DNA from: Anaerolineales bacterium
GTDB taxonomy: Bacteria; Chloroflexota; Anaerolineae; Anaerolineales; RBG-16-64-43
Direction of reading: 5' to 3'
Assembly (NCBI GenBank): GCA_050010135.1
Contig: JBEKLP010000003.1
Location: forward strand, 6,536 to 70,535
Length of the DNA stretch: 64,000 bases
This document shows, one piece after another, positions 16,316-24,952 of this stretch. The notes beneath the pieces were generated by a model. That model worked only from the letters and a program-made list of their open reading frames with translations, searched no databases and was not told where the DNA came from. The number at the start of each line of letters is the position of its first letter. The stretch's first letter is position 1. The position numbers and the translations under genes are program-made.

Positions 16316-17599
16316 ATGGAAAAAACCACCCGTACTTCAATCTTGGCGGGGTTCATTCTGGCAATTTGTCTCGGGGCATGTGTCCTGCCGGTGCCGGTGA
16401 GTCCAACGTTGTTTGCCTTTCCCACGCCCAACCTGACCATCACCGCGCTCTTTCATAATCCCCTGACGCCGACCGCATTGCAATCGGCGACCTCTCAATC
16501 GCAAAGCGGGGGCACCGCGTCCCCCGCGCCATCGGCCACAATTTCGCCCACGGCTCCCGATTGCACCAATGGGGCGATGTTTGTGAGTGAGACAATCCCG
16601 GATGGAACGCTTATCGCGCCGGGATCGGCGTTCATTAAAACCTGGACTTTGAAGAATACCGGCACTTGTACCTGGGGCAGGGGTTATGCGCTGGTCTTTG
16701 ACCATGGCGATCAGATGAGAGGGCCGGCTTCCGTACCGTTCACGGCGAGCGTTCCCCCGAATGCAATCTACACCTTCTCGGTAGGTCTCACCGCACCATC
16801 CACCGGGGGTGTCTACCAGGGATTCTGGAAAATTCAAACTCCGCAGGGGCTGCGGTTCGGCATCGAGTCCGACGGAACCAAATTCATCTGGGTGAAAATC
16901 ACGGTCGCTCCCGCCAACGCTTGCACGCCACAGGACCTGCGGCCGGCCGAAAACGCAACACCGGTCTCGGCCTACTTCACCGTCGACCCGCCCAAGATCG
17001 ACGGCGCGCTAGCCGATTGGGGCAACTCCCTCGGGTATTCCGTTCCCAATACAGTTTCCGGAAAAACGGAAAACAAGGCGCGGTACGGTTTACGCTGGGA
17101 CAAAACTTATCTCTACTTTGCGGTGAAGGTGGCGGATAATATATTTGTTCAGGAGACGAGCGGGGGAGCCAACCTGTATAAAGGGGACAGCGTGGAAATT
17201 CTTCTGGACGCAAACTTGAAAGGCGATTATTGCGATTCTACAATGAACGACGACGATTATCAGTTGGGGATTTCACCGGGTTATCTGCAGAATCACGCCT
17301 CGGCAGAACAGTCGGCTTATTTATGGTATCCGATCCACAGCAGGGGTGCGCGGAGTTTTTCCATTTCAGCCAACTTTACTTCCCCGCCGGATCCGGCCGG
17401 GTGGCTCCTGGAAGCGCGGATTCCCTGGAGCCTGTTCGGGGTGTCGCCCATCGGCGGCGAAACCTACGGATTTGTTTTCTCGGTATCCGACAACGACCAC
17501 CCCGCCACCGCCCAGCAGGATGGTTTGATTTCCACCGTTTCCAAACGGTCCAATCCATTCAATCCCATGGAATGGGGCACGCTGGAAATTAGCTTTTAA
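16316..17599 (+). CDS. paralogous NBR1-FW-like / CBM9-like lipoprotein
   Basis: Start moved to MEKTTRTSIL (ATG 16316), which aligns with MKKTTRNQIW of the upstream paralog. Both are then 427 aa. Lipobox CLGACV. Same two domains. Confidence 0.75.
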   Translation: MEKTTRTSILAGFILAICLGACVLPVPVSPTLFAFPTPNLTITALFHNPLTPTALQSATSQSQSGGTASPAPSATISPTAPDCTNGAMFVSETIPDGTLIAPGSAFIKTWTLKNTGTCTWGRGYALVFDHGDQMRGPASVPFTASVPPNAIYTFSVGLTAPSTGGVYQGFWKIQTPQGLRFGIESDGTKFIWVKITVAPANACTPQDLRPAENATPVSAYFTVDPPKIDGALADWGNSLGYSVPNTVSGKTENKARYGLRWDKTYLYFAVKVADNIFVQETSGGANLYKGDSVEILLDANLKGDYCDSTMNDDDYQLGISPGYLQNHASAEQSAYLWYPIHSRGARSFSISANFTSPPDPAGWLLEARIPWSLFGVSPIGGETYGFVFSVSDNDHPATAQQDGLISTVSKRSNPFNPMEWGTLEISF

Positions 17600-17720
17600 T
17601 CCGGAGGCGGGCACAGGGAGATAAAAATGGGGGGACCGCGGTCTGCAAAACGCGAGATATAGGGCTCGCCGTTTGTCTATAAAAGTTGGAGTGTAAGGAC
17701 GGACCATTGGACCGCCCTTG

Positions 17721-18548
17721 CTAAAACAGCACCGAGGCCAATTCGTCGCGGTACGGATGCGTGAGGGGATCGTCTTCTCCGAGCAGCTCCAACGCGGCAA
17801 GAAAAACCCTGCGCGCATCATCGTTGCGATAGTGTTTATCGCGCCGAAGGAGGCCTAACAATCCGTCGAGCGCGGCGGGAAAGTTGCCCCGCCCAAGCAA
17901 ACGCCCCACTTGCAGATATCCGGCTTCGATCTCATCCGCCGCGTGATCTCCGCTCGACGCGGCTTCGGCCAGAAGCGCGGCCAGCGGCTGCAGGCGCTGC
18001 GCGGAGATCATTTCGCTTCCGGCGGGAAATCGTCCGATCTGTTCGAGCGCCGCATTTCCCTTCCCCTGCCAGAGCAGCGCTTTGATCAAGTAGAGCGCAG
18101 CGGTGCTGCTGGCACGATCCAGTTCCAACGCGCGTCGGGCCGACTGCTCGGCCTCGATCCAACGCCGGGCCGTAAGCCAGCCGGCGGTTTCCGACACGGC
18201 CTGTTCGGCGGGACCAGGCGCAAACTCGCGTAGAAATTTTCGCACCGCCTCCTCCGGTTGGGCGCCAAGCAATTCCGCGACGACCTTCCCCCCATGGAAC
18301 GCCTTGAGGATCGGGATGCTTTGCACGCCGAACCGCGCCGAAAGCCCCGGGTTTTCGTCGATGTTCAGCTTGGCCAGGCGGAAGGCGCCGGCCGCTTCGA
18401 TCGCCAACTTCTCAACCGTCGGGCCGAGCAGGCGGCAGGGCGCGCACCAGGGAGCCCAAAAATCCACCACGACAGGAATCTCCATGGAGTATCGGACGAC
18501 TTCCTGTTCAAAATTGGTTTCGGCGACTTCCAAGATATCTGCATTCAT
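17721..18548 (-). CDS. thioredoxin-domain protein with C-terminal TPR-like domain (YbbN/CnoX-type)
   Basis: VVDFWAPWCAPCRLL active-site region and SIPILKAF cis-Pro loop, followed by a helical repeat region. Confidence 0.8.
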   Translation of the reverse strand: MNADILEVAETNFEQEVVRYSMEIPVVVDFWAPWCAPCRLLGPTVEKLAIEAAGAFRLAKLNIDENPGLSARFGVQSIPILKAFHGGKVVAELLGAQPEEAVRKFLREFAPGPAEQAVSETAGWLTARRWIEAEQSARRALELDRASSTAALYLIKALLWQGKGNAALEQIGRFPAGSEMISAQRLQPLAALLAEAASSGDHAADEIEAGYLQVGRLLGRGNFPAALDGLLGLLRRDKHYRNDDARRVFLAALELLGEDDPLTHPYRDELASVLF

Positions 18549-18583
18549 GGTTATTTCCTAATATGAAAAGACAGCCGACGTTC

Positions 18584-19006
18584 CTATTCCCCGTTCTCGT
18601 CCGCGGCGCGCGACGGTTGCTCGACACGTTGCAATTCCCCGTGGACGTTGACGACGGCGCGGAATCCCATCATGCCCATCCATAAGCGTGTGCTTTCCGG
18701 AAGGCCTTGGCGGAAAATTTCTTCGAGGTAGGTTTCCGGATGAGCCAGGCTGTTTTGCAGCACTGCGCGGGAAAAAACGTCCTCCTGTCCGGTCATCCGC
18801 GCCGCCTGTTCGGCTAGTTCCTGTTCGTGGCCGCGGATCTGCTCCCACAGCCATCGCAGGATGGATTCGTCAAGCGGGCGCGCGCGGATGTGCCGTAGAA
18901 ATCCGGCGTCATCGAGGACGTAGAAGGACTCCTCCCCGACCTGTGCGGAGGAGAGTTGTTTCCCGTCATCGGAAAAAACCAAACCGAGAAAAAGCGGTTC
19001 GTTCAC
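18584..19006 (-). CDS. hypothetical protein (140 aa)
   Basis: GTG start in a GTGA overlap with the upstream HAD reading frame. Codon composition resembles its neighbours. No motif recognised. Confidence 0.55.
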   Translation of the reverse strand: MNEPLFLGLVFSDDGKQLSSAQVGEESFYVLDDAGFLRHIRARPLDESILRWLWEQIRGHEQELAEQAARMTGQEDVFSRAVLQNSLAHPETYLEEIFRQGLPESTRLWMGMMGFRAVVNVHGELQRVEQPSRAADENGE

Positions 19007-19687
19007 AAAAGCTCCTTGCGGACGGCTTTATGGACCGCCTCGGAATCGATCTTCAGCCCAAGTTTATCCAATTCTACGGCCAGTTGATCCGGTGAACGGA
19101 AAAGAACGGCTTTCCATCCCATCCGAAGCGCGCTGGAAACGTTAGCCGCAGAATCGTCGATGAAGAGTCATTCCTTGCTTCTCCACCCGATCCGGTCGAA
19201 GAAAAGCTCGAAAATGCGCGGGAGCGGCTTAATCACGCCGAATTCCCCCGAAATCATTATCCATCGGAAATGTTCAAGAAACGTATATTTTTTCAAAAGA
19301 ACCTAGATTTTTCTTTCGATGAATTTGTCCGCCCATAGATCGGGATTCCAGCCGCTTCCAGGGTACGGACGATTTGGAGACTGTCTTGAATCGGCCTGTC
19401 CACGCTCTCCACCCAGCGCTCGTCGAAGGCTTTAATCAGCCGGGCATCATATTGTGGGAACCGGGCGCTCAGCTCCGCGACGGTTCCGAAAAAAGACGCC
19501 CGCGATCCAATTCCTCATTCCATTTCCAGAAGTCGACGGCACGGAAAAAATCACCCATCGAACGCGGATCGCCGTTGAAGAACACACGATACAAATACCG
19601 CGGGTTCCAATCGACGAGAACCCCGCCGATATCGAACACCAGGCTGTACAACCTGGGATCCAATTTTTGTATGATCACTCGTCCCAT
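19003..19687 (-). pseudogene. HAD-superfamily hydrolase, disrupted by two frameshifts and two in-frame stops
   Basis: N-terminus LVFDIGGVLVDW (HAD motif I) in one frame. FGTVAELSARFPQYD...IPIYG in a second frame; the shift is at the A6 run 19489-19494. WADKFIERKI*VLLKKYTFLEHF...SGEFGVIKP...SKE*LFIDDS (motifs III/IV) in a third frame, with TAG at 19303-19305 and TGA at 19168-19170. Confidence 0.75.
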
Positions 19688-19835
19688 GGAATAACCGTAC
19701 GTGGAAGGTATTTTAGCATCCGGCAAGCGGGCACGACAGGCGATCGTTTCCGAAGGAGGGTCCGTGCGCCGGCGGAGAAGTAAAATCCTGGATTTGGGTT
19801 GCTTTTTCTGCGGGAGCTTACGGCCGGCAGGAGGA

Positions 19836-20960
19836 TTACCAGTGGGTGTTTACCAGCGTTCCCACCGAAGCCCAATAAAATAACCATTCAGCGTCGGGAG
19901 TATACATATTCACGCACCCGTGGCTCATCGGCGTCCCGAAATTGTGGTGCCAATAGGTGCCGTGGAGGCTGTAGCCTTCATAAAAGTACATCACATACGG
20001 AACGTTGGGCAGATAATAACCGGGGCCGACCATGAGGTCGTAACGCAATTTGATGTAGATGTGAAAGCGGCCGATCACTGTGGGGTGTGCCGCCACGCCG
20101 GTCGATACGATGAACGTGCGGATGGGTGTGTTGCCTTCGTAGGCAGTCACCCGTTGGGCGGAGATGTCCACGTCGATCCAGCGCTCGCCGGATGCGCCGG
20201 ACATAATATATTCGTCCGGCCAGGGCGTGGCGGTCGGGATCAGGGTGTCGGTTGCGGTGTATGTTGGGGAGGGTGTGAAGGTCGCGGTGAAGGTCGGTGT
20301 AAACGACGCGGTAACGGTGGGGGTGAAGGATGGCGTGAACGTCGGCGGGATCGCGCTTTGTTCTTTGACCACGCGCGCCATAACGGGTGGCTCCTGGGCA
20401 TACGTCACCGCGCTGCCGAAGGCGGTCGCCGTCAAGGCGAGAAGGCACGATATCGAAAGGAGGATCGCCGCCCAGCGGAATCCTCTTCCGCCCAGGAATC
20501 CCCTGCGCCCGTTTTCCTTGGGTGCCGGTTTGAGCGGGGATTCCTTCCCGGCTTTGACCGGTTGCATCGCCTGCGGAGAAGGCTCGCTTTCCACGGCGGA
20601 GTCGGGTACCGGAGATGGCGCGGAGGCATGGACCTGGGCGAGGATTTCTTCCGGAGAAGGAAGCAGGGAATCGTCCGCGGGCTCTGTGGAAAAGGAGGCG
20701 CTGGATGAAAGCTCGGCTTGCGCCTGGCGGGCGCCCTCGCTCTCGGGGTGGATCTTTAGCAGGTGATCAAGATACACCGCACGGTTTTGCGGTGATGCCA
20801 GCGCGGCCAGCAGGAGCCAGGCGTCTTCCGACAGAGAGTCCATGAGAACCGCGCGCAACGCCCACTCGCAGGCTTCGGCGTGTTTGCCCTGAGCCAGAGC
20901 TTCCACTCCGTTGGAAAGGGCCTGGGAAAGCGGCGAACGGGAAGGGGTGGACGTGTTCAT
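19836..20960 (-). CDS. bitopic L,D-transpeptidase (YkuD domain) with cytoplasmic helical N-domain
   Basis: C-terminal YSLHGTYWHHNFGTPMSHGCVNM. TM segment FRWAAILLSISCLLALTATAF. (S/T)FTPT repeats at 20223-20345. Confidence 0.85.
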   Translation of the reverse strand: MNTSTPSRSPLSQALSNGVEALAQGKHAEACEWALRAVLMDSLSEDAWLLLAALASPQNRAVYLDHLLKIHPESEGARQAQAELSSSASFSTEPADDSLLPSPEEILAQVHASAPSPVPDSAVESEPSPQAMQPVKAGKESPLKPAPKENGRRGFLGGRGFRWAAILLSISCLLALTATAFGSAVTYAQEPPVMARVVKEQSAIPPTFTPSFTPTVTASFTPTFTATFTPSPTYTATDTLIPTATPWPDEYIMSGASGERWIDVDISAQRVTAYEGNTPIRTFIVSTGVAAHPTVIGRFHIYIKLRYDLMVGPGYYLPNVPYVMYFYEGYSLHGTYWHHNFGTPMSHGCVNMYTPDAEWLFYWASVGTLVNTHW

Positions 20961-21718
20961 GGCGTCGGGGGGACGGTCGTTGCGACCGTTTCATTGCGCG
21001 TATAGCACACGATGCCGTCGGCCACTCCCTGCGCCACGCGGTCGGCATGCTGCGTTAAAAACGTCCGATCCAGGTACATGAAACCGACTTCGATAATGGC
21101 CACCGGAGTGGCGGCATCCACTTCGCTGAAGGTGTGGTAGTCGGTCATATCCCGGGTGATACTGCCCTGATGGTTTTGCAGCCCGGTGTCGGCGGCGTAG
21201 CGGCTTTCCAGACAAGCGGTAAGGTATTGCGATGAATCCGCGGCCTTGCCGGCTTTGGAAGAGGCGACTTTAAAACCGGTGGCATTGTCGTCGATGTACT
21301 CGCATGTGTCGGCGTGAATGGAAACCACCGCCATGGCCTTGTAGCCCGCCAGGCGCGGATCGTACTCCTGCAGCAGATCCACCATGTATCCCTGTCGTTC
21401 CAGGATAGCCTTCACTCGCATGGCGATATCTTCGTTGATCGAGACTTCCGTCAGGCCGTCGTCGCAAGTGGCGCCCGCGTCGTTGCCGGAATGGCCGGCG
21501 ATAATCCCGACGGGCAGTTTGAATGGGGCGATCGGCCCCAGCCCACCGGGAGTGGGGTTGATCACACCGGCGAAGGAGGCGCGGATCGCGTCCGGCGAAA
21601 GCGCGGACGGGGCGAAGGTGATGAAGGCCGTTGCCAGCGCGGCGGCCAGGCCGATTGTCCATACGTAAAACCGGGTCCGGCCGCGGCGCGGACCGGTATT
21701 CGATCCCGAGGAGTCCAT
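20957..21718 (-). CDS. N-acetylmuramoyl-L-alanine amidase (Amidase_3)
   Basis: GIIAGHSGNDAGA...E..INEDIA..V...L...G...VVSIHAD pattern. N-terminal TM anchor. ATGA overlap with the downstream L,D-transpeptidase. Confidence 0.85.
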   Translation of the reverse strand: MDSSGSNTGPRRGRTRFYVWTIGLAAALATAFITFAPSALSPDAIRASFAGVINPTPGGLGPIAPFKLPVGIIAGHSGNDAGATCDDGLTEVSINEDIAMRVKAILERQGYMVDLLQEYDPRLAGYKAMAVVSIHADTCEYIDDNATGFKVASSKAGKAADSSQYLTACLESRYAADTGLQNHQGSITRDMTDYHTFSEVDAATPVAIIEVGFMYLDRTFLTQHADRVAQGVADGIVCYTRNETVATTVPPTP

Positions 21719-21869
21719 GACACTATATTAACCGAATTGCCGCCGTTGGCAAGACGGGCGGCTTTTTACCGCCTTTTAAGATAAGGATTGCCAGAATCCT
21801 TCGGGAAGCGCATGCTATTTCACGTTCGGTCGGACTGCAACGGTTGTTTGTTTCCCGACTATTTTCAAG

Positions 21870-21905
21870 GATTGATAATCGGAGGTTGTCGTCCGATTGA
21901 TAATC
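21870..21905. repeat. direct repeat GATTGATAATC x2 (21870-21880 and 21895-21905), 25-nt period
   Basis: Read directly from the sequence. Lies just upstream of a TTGACG (21915-21920) -18- TAATAT (21939-21944) promoter-like pair. Confidence 0.6.
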
Positions 21906-21973
21906 CGCTATTGTTTGACGACGCGATCGGCTGAGCCTTAATATTATAGAATATATTTTCTGGAGGCTTCGTC

Positions 21974-22081
21974 ATGAACTATCCTGCCCGAAAATTTAAC
22001 CTGGGCAAACTGATCGATCTGAAAAAATCCCAACTTTTACGTCGGACCGAGCTGCACGTTCCCGGCGATCTGACCATGTAG
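21974..22081 (+). CDS. candidate small ORF (35 aa, MNYPARKFNLGKLIDLKKSQLLRRTELHVPGDLTM)
   Basis: ATG preceded by GGAGG with an 8-nt spacer and a promoter-like element. A/T-rich codons unlike the neighbours. Below the ORF-track length cutoff. No homology recognised. Confidence 0.25.
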   Translation: MNYPARKFNLGKLIDLKKSQLLRRTELHVPGDLTM

Positions 22082-22170
22082 GGAACAATTGGGAACACCT
22101 TTAATGCCTGGCAGACGGGATGAAGCAGGTGGAGTATTCAAGCCGCTGAGCCAAACGATCGGAGGCGCGC

Positions 22171-22707
22171 ATGTCTTTTGAGGTTGTATCTTCAGAAAAT
22201 AAATATTCCGGCCGCGTTCTCACCCTTCGCGTCGACCGCGTGCGGTTGGCCAATGGAAAAGAAACCGGGCTAGAGATTCTCGAGCACCGGGGGTCGGTGG
22301 TGATGGTGCCGGTGGATGCCGACGGCGGAATCTGGCTGGTGCGGCAGTATCGGCATGCGGCCGGACGGGAGATTCTCGAACTGCCCGCCGGGACGCTCGA
22401 GACGGGCGAGGATCCCGCCGCGTGCGCCGGGCGCGAGTTACGCGAGGAAATCGGAATGGCCGCCGGGACACTCACCCGCATCGGCGGCTTCTTTCTGGCC
22501 CCGGGTTACGCGACGGAATTCATGCACGTTTTTCTGGCCGGCGATCTCCATCCCGATCGGATTCCCGGCGACGAGGACGAAATCCTGCGGCCCGAAAAAA
22601 TTTCATTAATGGAATTGCGGCAGAGACTTGAGGCCGGAAATCTGGAAGACGCCAAAACTGTGGCGGCGTTGGCCATGGCCCTGCCGCGGTTGGCCGCTCG
22701 GATTTAA
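22171..22707 (+). CDS. NUDIX hydrolase (ADP-ribose pyrophosphatase-like)
   Basis: Nudix box GTLETGEDPAACAGRELREEIG. GGAGG RBS. Confidence 0.85.
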   Translation: MSFEVVSSENKYSGRVLTLRVDRVRLANGKETGLEILEHRGSVVMVPVDADGGIWLVRQYRHAAGREILELPAGTLETGEDPAACAGRELREEIGMAAGTLTRIGGFFLAPGYATEFMHVFLAGDLHPDRIPGDEDEILRPEKISLMELRQRLEAGNLEDAKTVAALAMALPRLAARI

Positions 22708-23205
22708 CTCAAAGGCCGGCATATCGAAAGAGGAATCCGTCGATACGCCCGGCCCAGCCATTTTCGAAACAAACCCCCAAAGTTGAAGGCGTCGCAAATC
22801 GAGATCGAAAGACCCCTTCAACAGGGAAGGATTCGTTTTTCTATCGAACGAAGAATTCGTCCTCCGTCGAATGTTTCCCGTGCAAGGAGTAGACCGATGA
22901 TCCAAAAAGGATCGATCCGCGCCAATCTTTTTCGGGCCATCCGTAAAAAGCGACATTTGAATCGACGGGTGTGACGGGCGATTTCGCGCGTTGGATTTAA
23001 CCCCGGCTTTACGAAATTCGGCGGCATCGATCCTACAATAGTCTGGAAGGTGAAATCGACGATTTCCAACCGCTTGAAATTCAGCGGGTCCTGTCATAAA
23101 TATTCCGCGGCGTAATCGGTATGCGCCGGGATCGTCTGTAGTCAACCGGAATGGATTCTGGTAATATCGAAATAAGGAACTCCGCTTTGTAGAGGGGTTG
23201 GCAAC

Positions 23206-24939
23206 GTGAGGCCGGTAACGGGAAATGCTCAAGTTAGGCCTTTGGTAATCCTTGTTTCCTCCGGAAAAACACATTCTGCGAGGATCCGATCGGTTCTGGA
23301 AGATGCTGGTTTTCGCGTCCAGTCCTCCGCTTGGAAATTCCTGCTGCCCAAAAACGCGGCGACTCGCCAACCCGTGGATTCCGGAAAGATTTCTGCCGGA
23401 TCGGCAGGAGCCTCGCTCGCGCAACTCCACCATGATTTACTCACCCATCGCCGGCCCATTTCCGCCATCCTAAAGGCATGCGCCGGACTGGCTCCCGGAA
23501 TTCAATTGGCGGGGTTAGCGTTTTATGATTCCACCCGATCGACCTGCGTACTGTTCCAGTGCCTGGGAGCGCAATCCAATCGCCTGCCTGACCGCCTGCC
23601 GTGGAGCAGGTATCCGTTGCTGCGTATCGCCTTTGAAAAACAAACCGCCGTCTTCGCGTCCGATCCCTCTCTCCTTCCACAAATCTACCCGCATCCCGTT
23701 AAGGAATGCGGCGGGTTTCTGGCTATTCCCCTCCCGGCCCGAGATCCCCTCGGCGTGCTGTTTCTCATCCCCAGCCGGGCGGGGGCGTTGGATGTCCATG
23801 CGTATACCCTCCTGATCTCGCTGGCGCGGGCGATCGAGATGCTTCTGGAGAACTTCATTCTCCGAAGCCAGTTGGCCATTTCCGAGGCGCGCTACCGGAG
23901 CATTCTCACGGCCGCGCCTTTCCTGATTGGACTCTTGGATTCCAGCGGTACGATCCTCGAAGTGAATCCCAAGGCGATCCGCGAATTAAGACGGCAGGGA
24001 ATCTCGGTCCGGAAAGTGATCGGTCTGAACCTTCTGAAGAATCCGGCCACGCCGGAGGAGATCCGTGGGCTGATTGTGGAAGGTTTGCAGACGACGGAAG
24101 CGGTCAGCCACGAAAAGATCAGCCTCTCCCTGCCGCACGGAACGGAAGTATTCCGCGTGCACGCCTTCCCGCTGCGGGGACTGTCCGGTTCCGCGCCGGA
24201 GCTGCTGGTTATCGGGGAAATGATCACCCACTACCAGCAGGTCATAGACGAAGCCGAACGGACGGAGCGCCTGGCGGCGATCGGAAGGGTGGCTGCGTCC
24301 CTGGCGCACGAAATCAACAACCCGTTGCAGGCGCTGCGCTCGCATCTGGAACTCATCCGCTCCTACCCGCTCAGCGACGAGGAGCGCGAGCAGTCGTTTG
24401 GCATCCTGGAGCGCGAGGTGGACCGGCTGGATGAAACCACCCGCCGGGTCCTGGGGTTTGCCCGCCCGGCGCCGGATATCCTGCAACCGGTATCCCTTAC
24501 AGGAATACTGGAACAGACACTGGCCCTGAGCCAGAATTATCTCCGTAACCAGCGGGTGGAAATCGTCACCGACTTTACGAAGGATCTGCCGCCGGTTCAG
24601 GCGGCGGCCGGGCAGTTGATCCAGGTTTTTTTGAACATCATCCTCAACGGTGTCCATGCCATGCAAGGAAAGGGACGCCTGGAAATCCGCATCCGTTCCC
24701 GCGGGGACCGGGCGGAAATCTCGTTTACCAACGACGGTCCGCCGATTCCGTCGGAGACCCTGCCGCGCATCTTCGATCCGTTCTTCACCACAAGCGCGGA
24801 GGGAACCGGGCTGGGGCTGAGTATTTCCCACGCCATTCTACAAAGGCATCACGGCGCCATCCAGGTAGCCAATTTGCCGCATCGCAAAGGCGTGGTGTTC
24901 ACCATAGACCTTCCCTTTGCGGCGGCGCGCAGCGCCTAG
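23206..24939 (+). CDS. sensor histidine kinase (GAF/PAS-like sensory region, HisKA, HATPase_c)
   Basis: H-box SLAHEINNPL, N-box NIILNGVHAM, G-boxes TNDGPPIP and GTGLGLSIS. Confidence 0.85.
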   Translation: MRPVTGNAQVRPLVILVSSGKTHSARIRSVLEDAGFRVQSSAWKFLLPKNAATRQPVDSGKISAGSAGASLAQLHHDLLTHRRPISAILKACAGLAPGIQLAGLAFYDSTRSTCVLFQCLGAQSNRLPDRLPWSRYPLLRIAFEKQTAVFASDPSLLPQIYPHPVKECGGFLAIPLPARDPLGVLFLIPSRAGALDVHAYTLLISLARAIEMLLENFILRSQLAISEARYRSILTAAPFLIGLLDSSGTILEVNPKAIRELRRQGISVRKVIGLNLLKNPATPEEIRGLIVEGLQTTEAVSHEKISLSLPHGTEVFRVHAFPLRGLSGSAPELLVIGEMITHYQQVIDEAERTERLAAIGRVAASLAHEINNPLQALRSHLELIRSYPLSDEEREQSFGILEREVDRLDETTRRVLGFARPAPDILQPVSLTGILEQTLALSQNYLRNQRVEIVTDFTKDLPPVQAAAGQLIQVFLNIILNGVHAMQGKGRLEIRIRSRGDRAEISFTNDGPPIPSETLPRIFDPFFTTSAEGTGLGLSISHAILQRHHGAIQVANLPHRKGVVFTIDLPFAAARSA

Positions 24940-24952
24940 ACCGGAGATTGCC

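Noticed and set aside
22606-23433. 275-aa minus-strand ORF spanning the NUDIX 3' end, the 500-bp gap and the kinase 5' end.
   Set aside because: It overlaps two well-supported genes at its ends, has an R/S/G-rich composition, and shows no motif. It is treated as non-coding; the gap itself is reported as a finding.
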